A stretch of 64,000 bases of DNA from Chloroflexota bacterium (lineage in GTDB: Bacteria; Chloroflexota; Dehalococcoidia; Dehalococcoidales; UBA2162): positions 9,773 through 73,772 of the forward strand of contig JACQGQ010000040.1 of NCBI GenBank assembly GCA_016199495.1, in the 5' to 3' direction. The notes under the pieces are model-generated. The model made no database searches. It was not told the origin of the DNA and saw only the letters and a list, made by a program, of their open reading frames with translations. Both the position numbers and the translations under genes were made by a program. Every line of letters starts with the position of its first letter. Position 1 is the stretch's first letter. Shown here piece after piece: positions 25,668 to 35,333 of the stretch.

Positions 25668-26944
25668 AGAAAGTTCTTATTATCGGCTTCCTGCACCCCC
25701 TGACTCTCTCCGGGGGGAGCTTTCGCACCCTACCTTTAGCCAGTTACCTCCCGGAATTCGGTTGGGAGCCGGTTGTGCTAACACCACTTCTCCTTGAAAA
25801 AAGGCAATTGCCTTTCCGGGTTGTGGAAACACCTTACCGGGATGTTTTGGTCTTCTGGAAGAAGCTATTTGGCTTTAAGTTGGACGAAGATATAAAAATG
25901 CAGGTAAAGAACCGATTTGGGACAGACTCTAAGACATCAGTGGTAGATTTTTTTCTTACCCGCGCTGGGGAAATCCTTAACTATCCTGACTCGCATCGAG
26001 GCTGGCAACGGTTTGCTTTGGAAGCAGGCAATAATTTACTTGAGCATGAAAAAATAGATGCCATGATTAGCTGCCACCCGACAATCAGCCACATTATCGC
26101 TAGCAATCTAAAAGCTAAGCACAGAATCCCTTGGCTGGCGGACTTTCCTGACCTCTGGTCACAGAACCACAATTACTCTTACAGTTCTTTAAGAAAGGCT
26201 ATTGACCAGAGGTTAGAGAAAAAAACACTATCTACGGCGGATGTCCTGACCACAGTCTCAGAACCCTGGGCTGAGGAACTAAGGGTGTTGCATAAAGGAA
26301 AGCCTGTTTACACAGTTACCCACGGCTTCGACCCCTTACAGGTGAACATCCCACCGGTAAAGCTGACAGACAAATTCACCATTACCTATACCGGCACGAT
26401 TTATAGAGGAAAGCAGCAGCCCTCAAGGCTTTTCGCCGCCTTGAGAGACTTAATCTCCGATGAAACAATAGACCCGGTGGACGTTGAAGTTAGATTTTAT
26501 GGTTCCAAGCACGACTGGTTGGATAAGGAAATTAAGCAATATGGGCTATCAAATATTGTCAAGCAACATGGGGTGGTGCCTCGACAGGCCGCCATTATCA
26601 AGCAGAGAGAGTCACAGTTGTTGCTTTTCTTAGATTGGGATGACCCTCAAGAAAAGGGCGTTTACACCGGGAAGATATACGAATACCTTGGAACGCGGAG
26701 GCCAACTCTCGCTACAGGAGGGGCAGCTGATGATGTGGTCGCTGAACTACTAAACAAGACTAAAGCTGGCAAGCAGGCAGCAACTGTAGAAGATATTAAG
26801 CAGACCCTTAAGAACTTGTACCGGGAGTATAAGTTAAAAGGCGATTTAGCCTATAATAGCATAGACTCGGAGATAAACAAACACAGCCACCGGGAAATGG
26901 CAAGGAAGTTCTCTGCAATTCTTGACCGTTTGGCACCTCAGTGA
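25664..26944 (+). CDS. Glycosyltransferase (GT4-like GT-B)
   Basis: TTG start overlapping the upstream stop. 'MKKVLIIGFLHPL..SGGSFR...' N-terminal domain and 'FTITYTGTIYRGKQQP...YTGKIYEYLGTRRPTLA' C-terminal domain. Confidence 0.65.
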   Translation: MKKVLIIGFLHPLTLSGGSFRTLPLASYLPEFGWEPVVLTPLLLEKRQLPFRVVETPYRDVLVFWKKLFGFKLDEDIKMQVKNRFGTDSKTSVVDFFLTRAGEILNYPDSHRGWQRFALEAGNNLLEHEKIDAMISCHPTISHIIASNLKAKHRIPWLADFPDLWSQNHNYSYSSLRKAIDQRLEKKTLSTADVLTTVSEPWAEELRVLHKGKPVYTVTHGFDPLQVNIPPVKLTDKFTITYTGTIYRGKQQPSRLFAALRDLISDETIDPVDVEVRFYGSKHDWLDKEIKQYGLSNIVKQHGVVPRQAAIIKQRESQLLLFLDWDDPQEKGVYTGKIYEYLGTRRPTLATGGAADDVVAELLNKTKAGKQAATVEDIKQTLKNLYREYKLKGDLAYNSIDSEINKHSHREMARKFSAILDRLAPQ

Positions 26945-27005
26945 CCGGAAGCCTGAGTAAAGGAGCAATTTCCTGTTAGGTTAGCCCTATAAAAATGAGA
27001 AAGAT

Positions 27006-29240
27006 ATGACCGAGCGAGAGGTTAGTTTATCGCCAGCTAAATGGACCGCCTCCATAATTGCCTTTGTTGCTCTCACCGGTATCGCGATATTGCTCGATAT
27101 CCCTTTCCTGAGACAAATCTCCGGCTTTTTGTTTCTGACCTTTATCCCCGGCTTTCTTATCCTGTCTATCCTGAAACTGAATAAACCGGGGCTGGCTGAC
27201 AAAATTGTCTTATCCCTTGGGCTCAGCGTTGCCTTTTCTATGTTCTTTGGACTACTGTTAAATAGTGCGCTGCTCGCTCTTGGTTATATCAGGCCTTTAT
27301 CAACTATCCCCATCCTTATTTTATTCAGTACGGCAACTATTGTTTTGTCCATTGTTGCCTATATCAGAAACAAAGGTATTGTCTTATCCCTCCCCAATCT
27401 CAAGCTAACGACCATGGAAAAGGCGCTTTTCATCGTGCCCTCATTCTTTCCGCTGCTGACTATCGTGGGCACACGCCTGATGAACATGTCGGATAATAAT
27501 GTATTGTTAATGCTTTTGCTTTTATTAATTCCAGCCTGTGTTATCCTGGTTTCATTTTGCCGTGACAAAATTTCTCAAGGGCTATACCCCGGCTTCATCT
27601 ATTTCATCAGTATCTCTCTGGTGCTCATGCTGGCATTGAGGTTAAACCACGTCTTAGGTGCGGACGCCCATGATTTTTATTACCTCTTTCAACGAACCCT
27701 CCAGGAAGGACACTGGGGTCTTTATAATATGTATCTACAGGATGCTAACTTGAGTATCTCCTTACTGCCGACAATGTATCAGTCTTTGATGAATTTAAAT
27801 GGCGAGTATTTATTTAAAATTCTCTACCCGCTTCTCTTCTCTAGCTCACCGCTGGTCGTCTATATTATCTGTCGAAAATACATTGGCAGCGGCGATGCTT
27901 TTCTCGCCTCCTTCTTGTTTATGGCACAGGTTACTTTCTTATGGACGACGGGGGTTAGTACCAACAACATGGCTGTTCTCTTTTTTGCCCTGACAATAAT
28001 GGTTCTCTTCCATCAGGACATAGGCGAGTTTGCTAAAAGGCTTCTCTTCATCATTTTTGCGGCTGTTTCTATCACGTCACACTACGCCACGGCCTATATA
28101 TTCTTCTTTCTCCTGTTTTTTACCTGGCTGGGAATGCAGATAATTCCCGGCATTCTGCATAGCCAGAGGAAAGCGGCGGCTCCACCTGAAAATACCATGG
28201 CCGCAGGTACACTCTCCAATCCATTATCAGGAGAAGTCACGCCCAATAGTGATGCCGATACTTCTCAGTCGGCTGCTCTGGTTCTGGCTCAATTTCGATT
28301 GACAAGGGGGGTAACAACAACTATCGTGTTATTGTTTTTCATTATGCTTTTCTTTTGGTATAGCCAGATAACAGGAGTCCCTTTCAGTGTTGGCGTCGGA
28401 TTTATAGGTAAGACATTTTTGAATTTAAACCAGTGGTTTCTCATCGAAGCTAAGGGGACAACAGTCACCGCCGCCCTGGGCGAAAATATAGCCACCATTC
28501 CACAGCAGATACGGCTTGTTGTTTCCTGGTTCACTGTCGCCCTGGTCGCCATCGGCGTGTTAAGCGCTGTAGTCAGCTACAAGAGAATGGTGTCTGTTCC
28601 TCAATCAGGCCAGATTAAGCCGGATTTTTTAGGTTCGAAATTTGAGATGGAGTATTTTCTACTAGCACTGGCAGGCAGTGCCCTGCTGGGAATCAGCGTT
28701 GCCCTCCCCCTTATCTCAGTATTCTATAGTATGGAGAGGATATTCTTCCAGATGCTGCCTGTCTTATCCCCATTTTTCGTCATCGGGGGTATTATGGCGG
28801 CGAAATGGCTGAGAGCCAGACCTCATTGGATTATCCTCCCGGTGTTAATACTTTTCTTTATGTCCACCACCGGCACGACCTATCAACTAGCCGGTCATCG
28901 GGAATCAATGATGTTGAATTCAGAAGGTTCGGATGTGCGGGTATGGATACGTGACCAGGAAAGTAGCGCGGCTAAATGGATAACGCAGTATGGCAAAAGA
29001 GAGGGATTTACCTATGCTGGACCTTTACTGGGAACACGAGTATTTGAGAGTCAGGGTCTGGTTCATCCGGATAAAGTGCGTAATCTTATCTATGAATATC
29101 AGCAGGGAAGGGAAATCAACGGCTATATTTACCTGAGGAAGGTAGATTTGACTGTTCAGAACCTGGTAGTGGAATATCCTGACATATTCGCCAGCAAGAA
29201 TAAAATCTATAGTGCCGGTATCTCAGAAGTATATCGATAA
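27006..29240 (+). CDS. Polytopic (~17 TM) membrane protein with C-terminal soluble domain; GT-C / O-antigen-polymerase-like architecture, family unassigned
   Basis: 744 aa. Hydrophobic helices run through most of the length, interrupted by one hydrophilic linker ('HSQRKAAAPPENTMAAGTLSNPLSGEVTPNSDADTSQ'). The last ~110 aa are soluble. This is the last gene of the plus-strand glycan operon. Confidence 0.55.
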   Translation: MTEREVSLSPAKWTASIIAFVALTGIAILLDIPFLRQISGFLFLTFIPGFLILSILKLNKPGLADKIVLSLGLSVAFSMFFGLLLNSALLALGYIRPLSTIPILILFSTATIVLSIVAYIRNKGIVLSLPNLKLTTMEKALFIVPSFFPLLTIVGTRLMNMSDNNVLLMLLLLLIPACVILVSFCRDKISQGLYPGFIYFISISLVLMLALRLNHVLGADAHDFYYLFQRTLQEGHWGLYNMYLQDANLSISLLPTMYQSLMNLNGEYLFKILYPLLFSSSPLVVYIICRKYIGSGDAFLASFLFMAQVTFLWTTGVSTNNMAVLFFALTIMVLFHQDIGEFAKRLLFIIFAAVSITSHYATAYIFFFLLFFTWLGMQIIPGILHSQRKAAAPPENTMAAGTLSNPLSGEVTPNSDADTSQSAALVLAQFRLTRGVTTTIVLLFFIMLFFWYSQITGVPFSVGVGFIGKTFLNLNQWFLIEAKGTTVTAALGENIATIPQQIRLVVSWFTVALVAIGVLSAVVSYKRMVSVPQSGQIKPDFLGSKFEMEYFLLALAGSALLGISVALPLISVFYSMERIFFQMLPVLSPFFVIGGIMAAKWLRARPHWIILPVLILFFMSTTGTTYQLAGHRESMMLNSEGSDVRVWIRDQESSAAKWITQYGKREGFTYAGPLLGTRVFESQGLVHPDKVRNLIYEYQQGREINGYIYLRKVDLTVQNLVVEYPDIFASKNKIYSAGISEVYR

Positions 29241-29270
29241 TCTAACTATAGGTCAGAGCTTGCCGATATT

Positions 29271-30170
29271 TTAATTTTGAGTCATCCCCAGCATTGACCT
29301 GATATATATTATCAGTCTGGTTAGTGTTTTCATTGGCCGGCGCAGAAAACGCAGATGTGAATACAAAAGTGGCGCTACCTCCAGACGGAAGTAGAGGTCC
29401 CGTAATGTCAACGCCTGTTTTATCCCCTGAGGCGTCAGCCTCCGGGTGGCGTGTTCCAGAGTAAGGACGTGCTCCCCCCGCCCGGCCAGTTCGCGGTTCA
29501 TCACCGCCTCCGCTCCCTTCCAGACAACAGTTTCCCCGTTGGGGATATGTGAGTAACCATGGTTCTGATGGACAGCAGTAACGACCTGAGTGGCATCAAT
29601 TACTGGCACCTTCAAGCGACGTGCCTGGTAGACTAGCCAGTTGTCCCATCCACCCCTGCCGATAGCAAATGGAGGGACGTTATCATATAATCCGTGGGAA
29701 TAAACGAAATAATCAATACCACTCCGGGGGTGAAGTTTACCATTCTTGGCAAGGCGAGCCTGCAACCGGGATTCCCACTGGGTATCGTCAAAGTTCACCG
29801 TTTCATCCAGGTCGAGGTCCCACCTCTGCCCTATCATTAAAAACGGACGTTTGCGCACACTCTCGACCGCCGGCAGGAAATCACTCATTAAGATGATATC
29901 GGCGTTGACATAGCACATAAGCTGATACCTGGCGGCGCTCTGAGCCAGGTTGAAGATGGAGCTAATCAGGGGTGTGCCATACTCATTACACTCTACCTCG
30001 GGAATATGCGCTATGCCTAGTTCTGAAGCAACCCCGGCTGCCCCTGCCTCATTACCGATTAATATAACCTGGCATTCAGGGCGAAGACGTAGCCAGCTCC
30101 GAATGGCATTGGTCTGAGTAACCTTATCGTGTCCGCTAAACGGTTTGGGGGTGGTGAATATGGTCAGCAT
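29271..30170 (-). CDS. Putative GT-A-fold glycosyltransferase (uncharacterised family)
   Basis: 299 aa. 'MLTIFTTPKPFSGHDKVTQTNAIRSWLRL.PECQVILIGNE' and 'CYVNADIILMSDF' (DXD-like). I recognise the family only as a recurrent hypothetical protein in glycan loci. Confidence 0.45.
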   Translation of the reverse strand: MLTIFTTPKPFSGHDKVTQTNAIRSWLRLRPECQVILIGNEAGAAGVASELGIAHIPEVECNEYGTPLISSIFNLAQSAARYQLMCYVNADIILMSDFLPAVESVRKRPFLMIGQRWDLDLDETVNFDDTQWESRLQARLAKNGKLHPRSGIDYFVYSHGLYDNVPPFAIGRGGWDNWLVYQARRLKVPVIDATQVVTAVHQNHGYSHIPNGETVVWKGAEAVMNRELAGRGEHVLTLEHATRRLTPQGIKQALTLRDLYFRLEVAPLLYSHLRFLRRPMKTLTRLIIYIRSMLGMTQN

Positions 30171-30179
30171 CGAGTTAAC

Positions 30180-30775
30180 CTAGCCTGCCCCGTATTTAAT
30201 ACGGGGCTTCCTGCCCTTTATTATCAGATGCCAGCCAAGCTCGTATCTATCCGGCACATCAATGACTGAACAGGACTCAAAATATGTTGAGAACAGGGCT
30301 TGCGCCTCTGACTTGGTGTATACTTTGATATAAGGATTGTCTTCCTTCCGCTCCGAATAGCGGGCAAGGAGTTCATCCATGGTAAGTTTTTTCAGCAGTC
30401 CCTCCCGTATCCCTCGTAAATAAACTATACTGTAGCCATAAAGCAGGCTATCCTGGTTATAGAGCATGACCATAAGCTGTCCGCCTGGCTTAAGCACCCT
30501 CTTTATTTCCGATAAGGCTTTTCCGATATCCGGAATATGATGCAAAACTCCGAAGGAATAAACGCAGTCAAAAGTGTCTTTCTTAAAAAGTAAGGCGGTG
30601 GCATCTGCCTGTAGCACATTGGCTGCCAAATTGGCTTCCTTAAGCAGACTGCGGGTAGTCTCGACGGCGGTCTGGCTGAAATCGGCGCTGGTAACGGAGG
30701 CCCCGTTGCGGGCGAATTCGGCGGACCCTGTTCCCAGAAATCCTTAATTGTGGAGTGGCTTATTTTATCCTTCAT
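30180..30775 (-). pseudogene. Class I SAM methyltransferase, disrupted (frameshift plus probable internal deletion)
   Basis: The ATG at 30775 overlaps the 3' end of the upstream dehydrogenase gene by 11 nt. It reads MKDKISHSTIKDFWEQG, then the frame decays. The -1 frame continues ...GTGSAEFARNGASVTSADFSQTAVE...LAANVLQADATALLFKKDTFDCVYSFGVLHHIPD...LKPGGQL. That frame has no ATG/GTG/TTG start before the TTG codon at 30627-30629, and a TAA lies just upstream of the GTG motif. Confidence 0.55.
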
Positions 30776-32108
30776 TTTTATCGCCTCGATAAAAGCCGAT
30801 GGCGGTGTAGTCCATCTGCTCGCTAAATCCATCACTATCGAAAAACCTCCAGCAATCCAGAAGTACCGGCTTCTTCATACCGGAAATAAAGTCGGCCGGT
30901 TTAAGGTTTTTAAATTCATTCCAGGGGGTTGCCAGAATACAGTAATCGGCATCTTTCAGGCAAGCCTTTGCTGAAGTGGTATAGATTACACCCTTCTCAC
31001 CCAGGACTTTCCTCGCATTTTCCAGGCCGGCCGGGTCGTAAACTGATAGTCTGGCGCCTTGCTGTAACAGAGCGCCACTGATTCTAACAGCCGCCGATTC
31101 CTCGATAACATCCGTCTCCGGCTTATATGTCAGACCAAGAACAGCAATTCGCTTACCTTTTACCTCACCAAGCCTTTGCCTGACCAGGGCAACTATGCGC
31201 TCGTTCTGATGCTCGTTCTCTCTATCCGTAGCCTCAGCCAGCCTGGCTTCACAGTCCACCGTTTTAGCAAAGAAGGCGAAGGCCTGGTTATCCCTGGGGA
31301 AGCAGGGGCCGCCGTAGGCAAGGGCACCAGATAAGTATTTTCGGCCGATGCGCGAGTCAAATCCCAGCAGCCGGCTAACTGCCTCGGCGTCGCCACCGGG
31401 TATCCGTTCGCAAAGTTCGGCCAGGGTATTGGCAAAAGTTATCTTCATGGTTACATACGCATTGAGGGAAATTTTAGCCAGTTCTGCATTCTGGATGGCC
31501 GTTCTTACTATCGGCGGGTTATTCTGGCAAACGGTCTGGTAAATTCCCGATAGTAATTTCCCGGATTTCGGGTCTGATTCTCCAATGAGGATAACATCAG
31601 GATATAAAAAATCCCGGATAACGGTGCCCAGGGCGATGAACTCCGGGCTGTAACACAACCCGAAATCCGGGCCGCATTTCTTGCCGGAGACCTTTTCCAG
31701 CAAGGGTTTAATCCTCCCCTCAGTGGCTCCGGGGAGAACTGTGCTGGTAAGCACCACCAGATGGTAAGCCCTTTTAGCTTTGATACCTTCAGCTATTTGC
31801 CCGGCAGCCGCCTCCACGTATTTTGTCGAGAAGCTGCCATCTGCCTGGCTGGGGGTTGGCACGACGATAAAGGTTACCTCGGAGTTCTCGACGGCATACC
31901 TGTAATCAACGGTGGCCGATAAATCCCCCACTTTTTCCAGCAATTCGGCCAGTCCCGGCTCGTGAATATTAGGCTGGCGCTCATTGACGGCTTTTATTGT
32001 TGCCGGGTTGAGGTCATAACCGATAACCCGATAGCCCTTGCTGGCAAGGCAAGCGACTATGGGAAAGCCCAGCTTACCGAGGCCAAATACCGAGATAGTC
32101 TTCGTCAA
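30765..32108 (-). CDS. UDP-glucose/GDP-mannose dehydrogenase family protein
   Basis: 'ISVFGLGKLGFPIVACLA', 'YGGPCFPRDNQAF', 'IAVLGLTYKPETDV'. The TTG start overlaps the upstream stop. Confidence 0.85.
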   Translation of the reverse strand: MTKTISVFGLGKLGFPIVACLASKGYRVIGYDLNPATIKAVNERQPNIHEPGLAELLEKVGDLSATVDYRYAVENSEVTFIVVPTPSQADGSFSTKYVEAAAGQIAEGIKAKRAYHLVVLTSTVLPGATEGRIKPLLEKVSGKKCGPDFGLCYSPEFIALGTVIRDFLYPDVILIGESDPKSGKLLSGIYQTVCQNNPPIVRTAIQNAELAKISLNAYVTMKITFANTLAELCERIPGGDAEAVSRLLGFDSRIGRKYLSGALAYGGPCFPRDNQAFAFFAKTVDCEARLAEATDRENEHQNERIVALVRQRLGEVKGKRIAVLGLTYKPETDVIEESAAVRISGALLQQGARLSVYDPAGLENARKVLGEKGVIYTTSAKACLKDADYCILATPWNEFKNLKPADFISGMKKPVLLDCWRFFDSDGFSEQMDYTAIGFYRGDKNEG

Positions 32109-33091
32109 TTACGCTTAGCCTCCTGCTTTTTATCTGCGGCCACCACCTTCTCTATCCAGTGGTAGGTTTCTTTTAATCCCTCCACCAGTGGCGCCGTTGG
32201 TTTCCAGCCCAGCTTCTCTTCAATCAGGCGGTTATCTGAATTCCGCCCGCGAACACCGAGAGGCCCCGGGATATGTTTAATGGAAAGTTTCTTACCCGCT
32301 ATATCCATAATAATTTCCGCCAGCTTGTTGATGGACACCATTTCCTCGGAACCGATATTCACCGGACCAATGAAGTCAGATTTCATTAATCGCCGGACAC
32401 CCTCCAGGCATTCGTCGATGTAGAGGAAAGAGCGGGTTTGAAAGCCATCACCCCACATCTCAATCTCGCCGCCGTCAGGAGTTTCGGCCACCTTGCGGCA
32501 GAAGGCGGCCGGTGCTTTTTCCCGGCCGTCGTTCCATGACCCTTCGGGGCCAAAGATATTATGGAAGCGGGCAAGGCGCACATTTATACCGTAATTTCTC
32601 ATAAAAGCCAGGTACAGGTGTTCGCTGAACAGCTTCTCCCAACCATATTCACTGTCCGGCGCTGCCGGGTAGACCGAATCCTCGGAACATCTGGGATTAT
32701 CCGGGTCTCTCTGGTTGTATTCCGGGTAAATGCAGGCGGAGGAAGAATAGAATATTTTTTTAACGCCCGCTTTGTAGCTGGCTTCAATCATATTCAAATT
32801 TATTAGAGCAGAATTATGCATAATATCGGCATCATTCTCCCCAGAGAAGACAAAGCCGGCGCCACCCATATCGGCGGCAAGCTGATAGACCTCGTCAAAC
32901 GGCTGGTCGGTTACTTTGGTGCAGATACGGGGGTCCCTCAAATCACCGATAACGAAGTCATCGGCCTGGGTTTTACGGAACGGAGGATATTTTAAGTCCA
33001 CACCCCGCACCCAGTTACCCTCGGCTTTTAATCTTTTCACCAGGTGGCTACCGATAAAGCCGCCGGCTCCACTCACCAGTATCCTGTCCAT
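32105..33091 (-). CDS. NAD-dependent epimerase, GDP-mannose 3,5-epimerase (GME)-like
   Basis: 'ILVSGAGGFIGSHLVKRLKAEG', 'FYSSSACIYPEYNQ' (compare plant GME 'SSACIYPEFKQ'), 'YGWEK' (YxxxK). Confidence 0.65.
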   Translation of the reverse strand: MDRILVSGAGGFIGSHLVKRLKAEGNWVRGVDLKYPPFRKTQADDFVIGDLRDPRICTKVTDQPFDEVYQLAADMGGAGFVFSGENDADIMHNSALINLNMIEASYKAGVKKIFYSSSACIYPEYNQRDPDNPRCSEDSVYPAAPDSEYGWEKLFSEHLYLAFMRNYGINVRLARFHNIFGPEGSWNDGREKAPAAFCRKVAETPDGGEIEMWGDGFQTRSFLYIDECLEGVRRLMKSDFIGPVNIGSEEMVSINKLAEIIMDIAGKKLSIKHIPGPLGVRGRNSDNRLIEEKLGWKPTAPLVEGLKETYHWIEKVVAADKKQEAKRN

Positions 33092-33141
33092 ACACGGGTC
33101 TCCTGTCTGCCTCTCTAGCGGTACCCCTTTTTACTTTTTGA

Positions 33142-33747
33142 TTAGGTAGTTCGGTGTGCCAATGTATCATCATGCCTTCTTCGGTTTCGGGGTAAATCCA
33201 GTATATGCCTGGCGGCATCGTACAAGTCGTCAGCAATGTAGCTACACTCAATCCGGTTATTTTGAACCGTTTCACCGCCATATCCTGTTTTCACCAGTAT
33301 CGTTTCACAACCAGCCCTTTGCCCGGCTTCGATATCGGTCAGCTTATCGCCAACCATATATGAGCTTTTCATATCTATGCCCAGCTCTTTTTCCGCCAGC
33401 AGCAACATCCCCGGCTTGGGCTTCCGGCAGTCGCAGTCTGCCCGGTATCTCTCTACTTTTGCTTGCGGATGGTGGGGGCAGTAGTAGAAGGCATCGATAC
33501 AAGCCCCAGTTTCCATCAGTTTCTCTCCCAAGGCCTGGTTGAAGGCTGCGGTATCTGCTTCCTGATAGTAGCCGTGGGCGATACCGGCTTGATTGGAGAC
33601 GATAACGACCAAAAACCCGTCTTCATTAAGCCGCCGGATGGCGTCGCTGGCTTTGGCAATCAAAGCCAGTTGGTCTAATTTGTGGGCGTAGTGCGGTGGT
33701 TCCTGCGTGATAACACCGTCCCTATCGAGAAATACCGCCTTAGTCAA
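33142..33747 (-). CDS. gmhB: D-glycero-D-manno-heptose 1,7-bisphosphate phosphatase (HAD, GmhB-type)
   Basis: 'AVFLDRDGVI', 'VVIVSNQAGIAHGY', 'YYCPHHP...CDCRKPKPGM', 'YMVGDKLTDIEAG'. Confidence 0.85.
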   Translation of the reverse strand: MTKAVFLDRDGVITQEPPHYAHKLDQLALIAKASDAIRRLNEDGFLVVIVSNQAGIAHGYYQEADTAAFNQALGEKLMETGACIDAFYYCPHHPQAKVERYRADCDCRKPKPGMLLLAEKELGIDMKSSYMVGDKLTDIEAGQRAGCETILVKTGYGGETVQNNRIECSYIADDLYDAARHILDLPRNRRRHDDTLAHRTT

Positions 33748-34312
33748 CGAACAGCTCCTGCTCCACCAGATGGCAGATAATATGCCCGATGGTAATATGT
33801 GCTTCCTGTATCCTTTGAGTATTAGCCGATGGTACTGTAATGGTTAGCTCCGTCTTGTTGCTCAATTGCTTCCCCTTTTCTCCGGTCAGGGCTATCACGA
33901 CGGCGCCCAGAGAGCGTGCCGTGTCAATCGCCTTCAGTATATTGGGCGAAGTGCCGCTGGTCGTAATGGCAATAAGGACATCCCCTCGATTAACCAGCGC
34001 CTCCAGTTGGCGACTGAAAACGGCATCGTAGCCGTAGTCATTGGCTAGAGACGTCAGGGTAGAAGTATCGGTGGTCAGGGCGATGGCGGGCAACGCTTTC
34101 CTTTCCCTTCGTAAACGCCCGACAAGCTCGCTGGCAATGTGCTGGGCATCGGCCGCGCTGCCGCCATTGCCGATTAAAAGCACTTTCTTACCCGCCTTAT
34201 AGGCGTCTATTATTGTTGCAGCGGCAGTTACTATCGTATCTGCCAGGTTTTTCATCACCGCTTTCTTAATTTCGGCACTCTCGGCCAGTTCCCGGATTAC
34301 TTCTTCCCTCAT
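33740..34312 (-). CDS. gmhA: Sedoheptulose-7-phosphate isomerase (SIS domain)
   Basis: 'KVLLIGNGGSAADAQHIASELVGR', 'ALTTDTSTLTSLANDYGYD.VFSRQL', 'LIAITTSGTSPNI'. Confidence 0.9.
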   Translation of the reverse strand: MREEVIRELAESAEIKKAVMKNLADTIVTAAATIIDAYKAGKKVLLIGNGGSAADAQHIASELVGRLRRERKALPAIALTTDTSTLTSLANDYGYDAVFSRQLEALVNRGDVLIAITTSGTSPNILKAIDTARSLGAVVIALTGEKGKQLSNKTELTITVPSANTQRIQEAHITIGHIICHLVEQELFVD

Positions 34313-34331
34313 TAATTTCTTACCTGCCGTA

Positions 34332-35333
34332 TCAATAATTCTGTTCCGGGGCGTAATAGACTATCTGGCTGCCCAGGTCATGGAAATTAAACGGGACATA
34401 GAGCAGTTTATTCAGTTTTTCTCTGACTTTGTGCCGGGTCTCGGGTCTGACGAAGAGCAGCATGAATCCCCCGCCGCCAGCCCCCAGTAATTTCCCGCCT
34501 AAAGCACCGGCCCCGATAGCGGCCTCATAAATCTCATCAATAAGCGGACTGGTAATGCGTTCCGTCAGGCTACGTTTTATCATCCAGGCTTGGTGCATTA
34601 ACTTGCCGAAATCATCATACCCGTCCTCAGTGCGGTTAAGAATAGTAACCGCTTCTGCCACCATGTCTCGCATCGCTTTCAATTCTTTGGTCTTTTCCGG
34701 TGTCCTTTTTATCTGTTCGGCGGCAATCTCCGAGGCATTGCGGGGAAAGCCGGTAAAGAAAAGCATCAGGTGGCCCTGCAGAAAGTTTATTTTAGTCTGC
34801 TCGAGAGTTATCGGCTGCACCCATATTTTACGTCTGCCACCGAACTCAATCATATTTAAGCCGCCAAAAGCGGCCGTGGTCTGGTCTTGTGAGCCCACAT
34901 TTTCTTTAATTATATCCTGTTCAATATGGATGGCTTCCAGGGCAAGCTGCCTCTTGGTCACCAACTGTCCTTTGAGAGCATAGAGGGCGTTCAGTAAGCC
35001 TACGGTAAAAGCGGAGCTTGAGCCCAGTCCGGACATGGCCGGTAAATCGGCGTTGTGCTGGATTTCAACCCCGCGGTTGTTCAAATCGACAAAATTCAGG
35101 CACTCCCGTACCGGAAGGTGTTCTATCTCGGCGATAGTTTGAGTTTCCTGCCGTTTGGTAAATCTTATTAGATACTTGTAGTCAAAGAAGGGCGGCAGGT
35201 AGCGGCAGATGACATAACTGTATTTATTAATGGAGGTGCTGAGAACAGCGCCACCATGTTCCTCATAAAAGGCCGGGTAGTCCGTGCCGCCGCCAAAGAA
35301 AGAAATCCGTAGTGGCGTCCGGCTGATTATCAT
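34332..35333 (-). CDS. hddA: GHMP-family sugar kinase, D-glycero-alpha-D-manno-heptose-7-phosphate kinase-like
   Basis: 'IISRTPLRISFFGGGTDYP', 'PAMSGLGSSSAFTVGLLNAL', 'KLLGAGGGGFMLLF'. It lies directly upstream of gmhA-gmhB. Confidence 0.75.
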   Translation of the reverse strand: MIISRTPLRISFFGGGTDYPAFYEEHGGAVLSTSINKYSYVICRYLPPFFDYKYLIRFTKRQETQTIAEIEHLPVRECLNFVDLNNRGVEIQHNADLPAMSGLGSSSAFTVGLLNALYALKGQLVTKRQLALEAIHIEQDIIKENVGSQDQTTAAFGGLNMIEFGGRRKIWVQPITLEQTKINFLQGHLMLFFTGFPRNASEIAAEQIKRTPEKTKELKAMRDMVAEAVTILNRTEDGYDDFGKLMHQAWMIKRSLTERITSPLIDEIYEAAIGAGALGGKLLGAGGGGFMLLFVRPETRHKVREKLNKLLYVPFNFHDLGSQIVYYAPEQNY

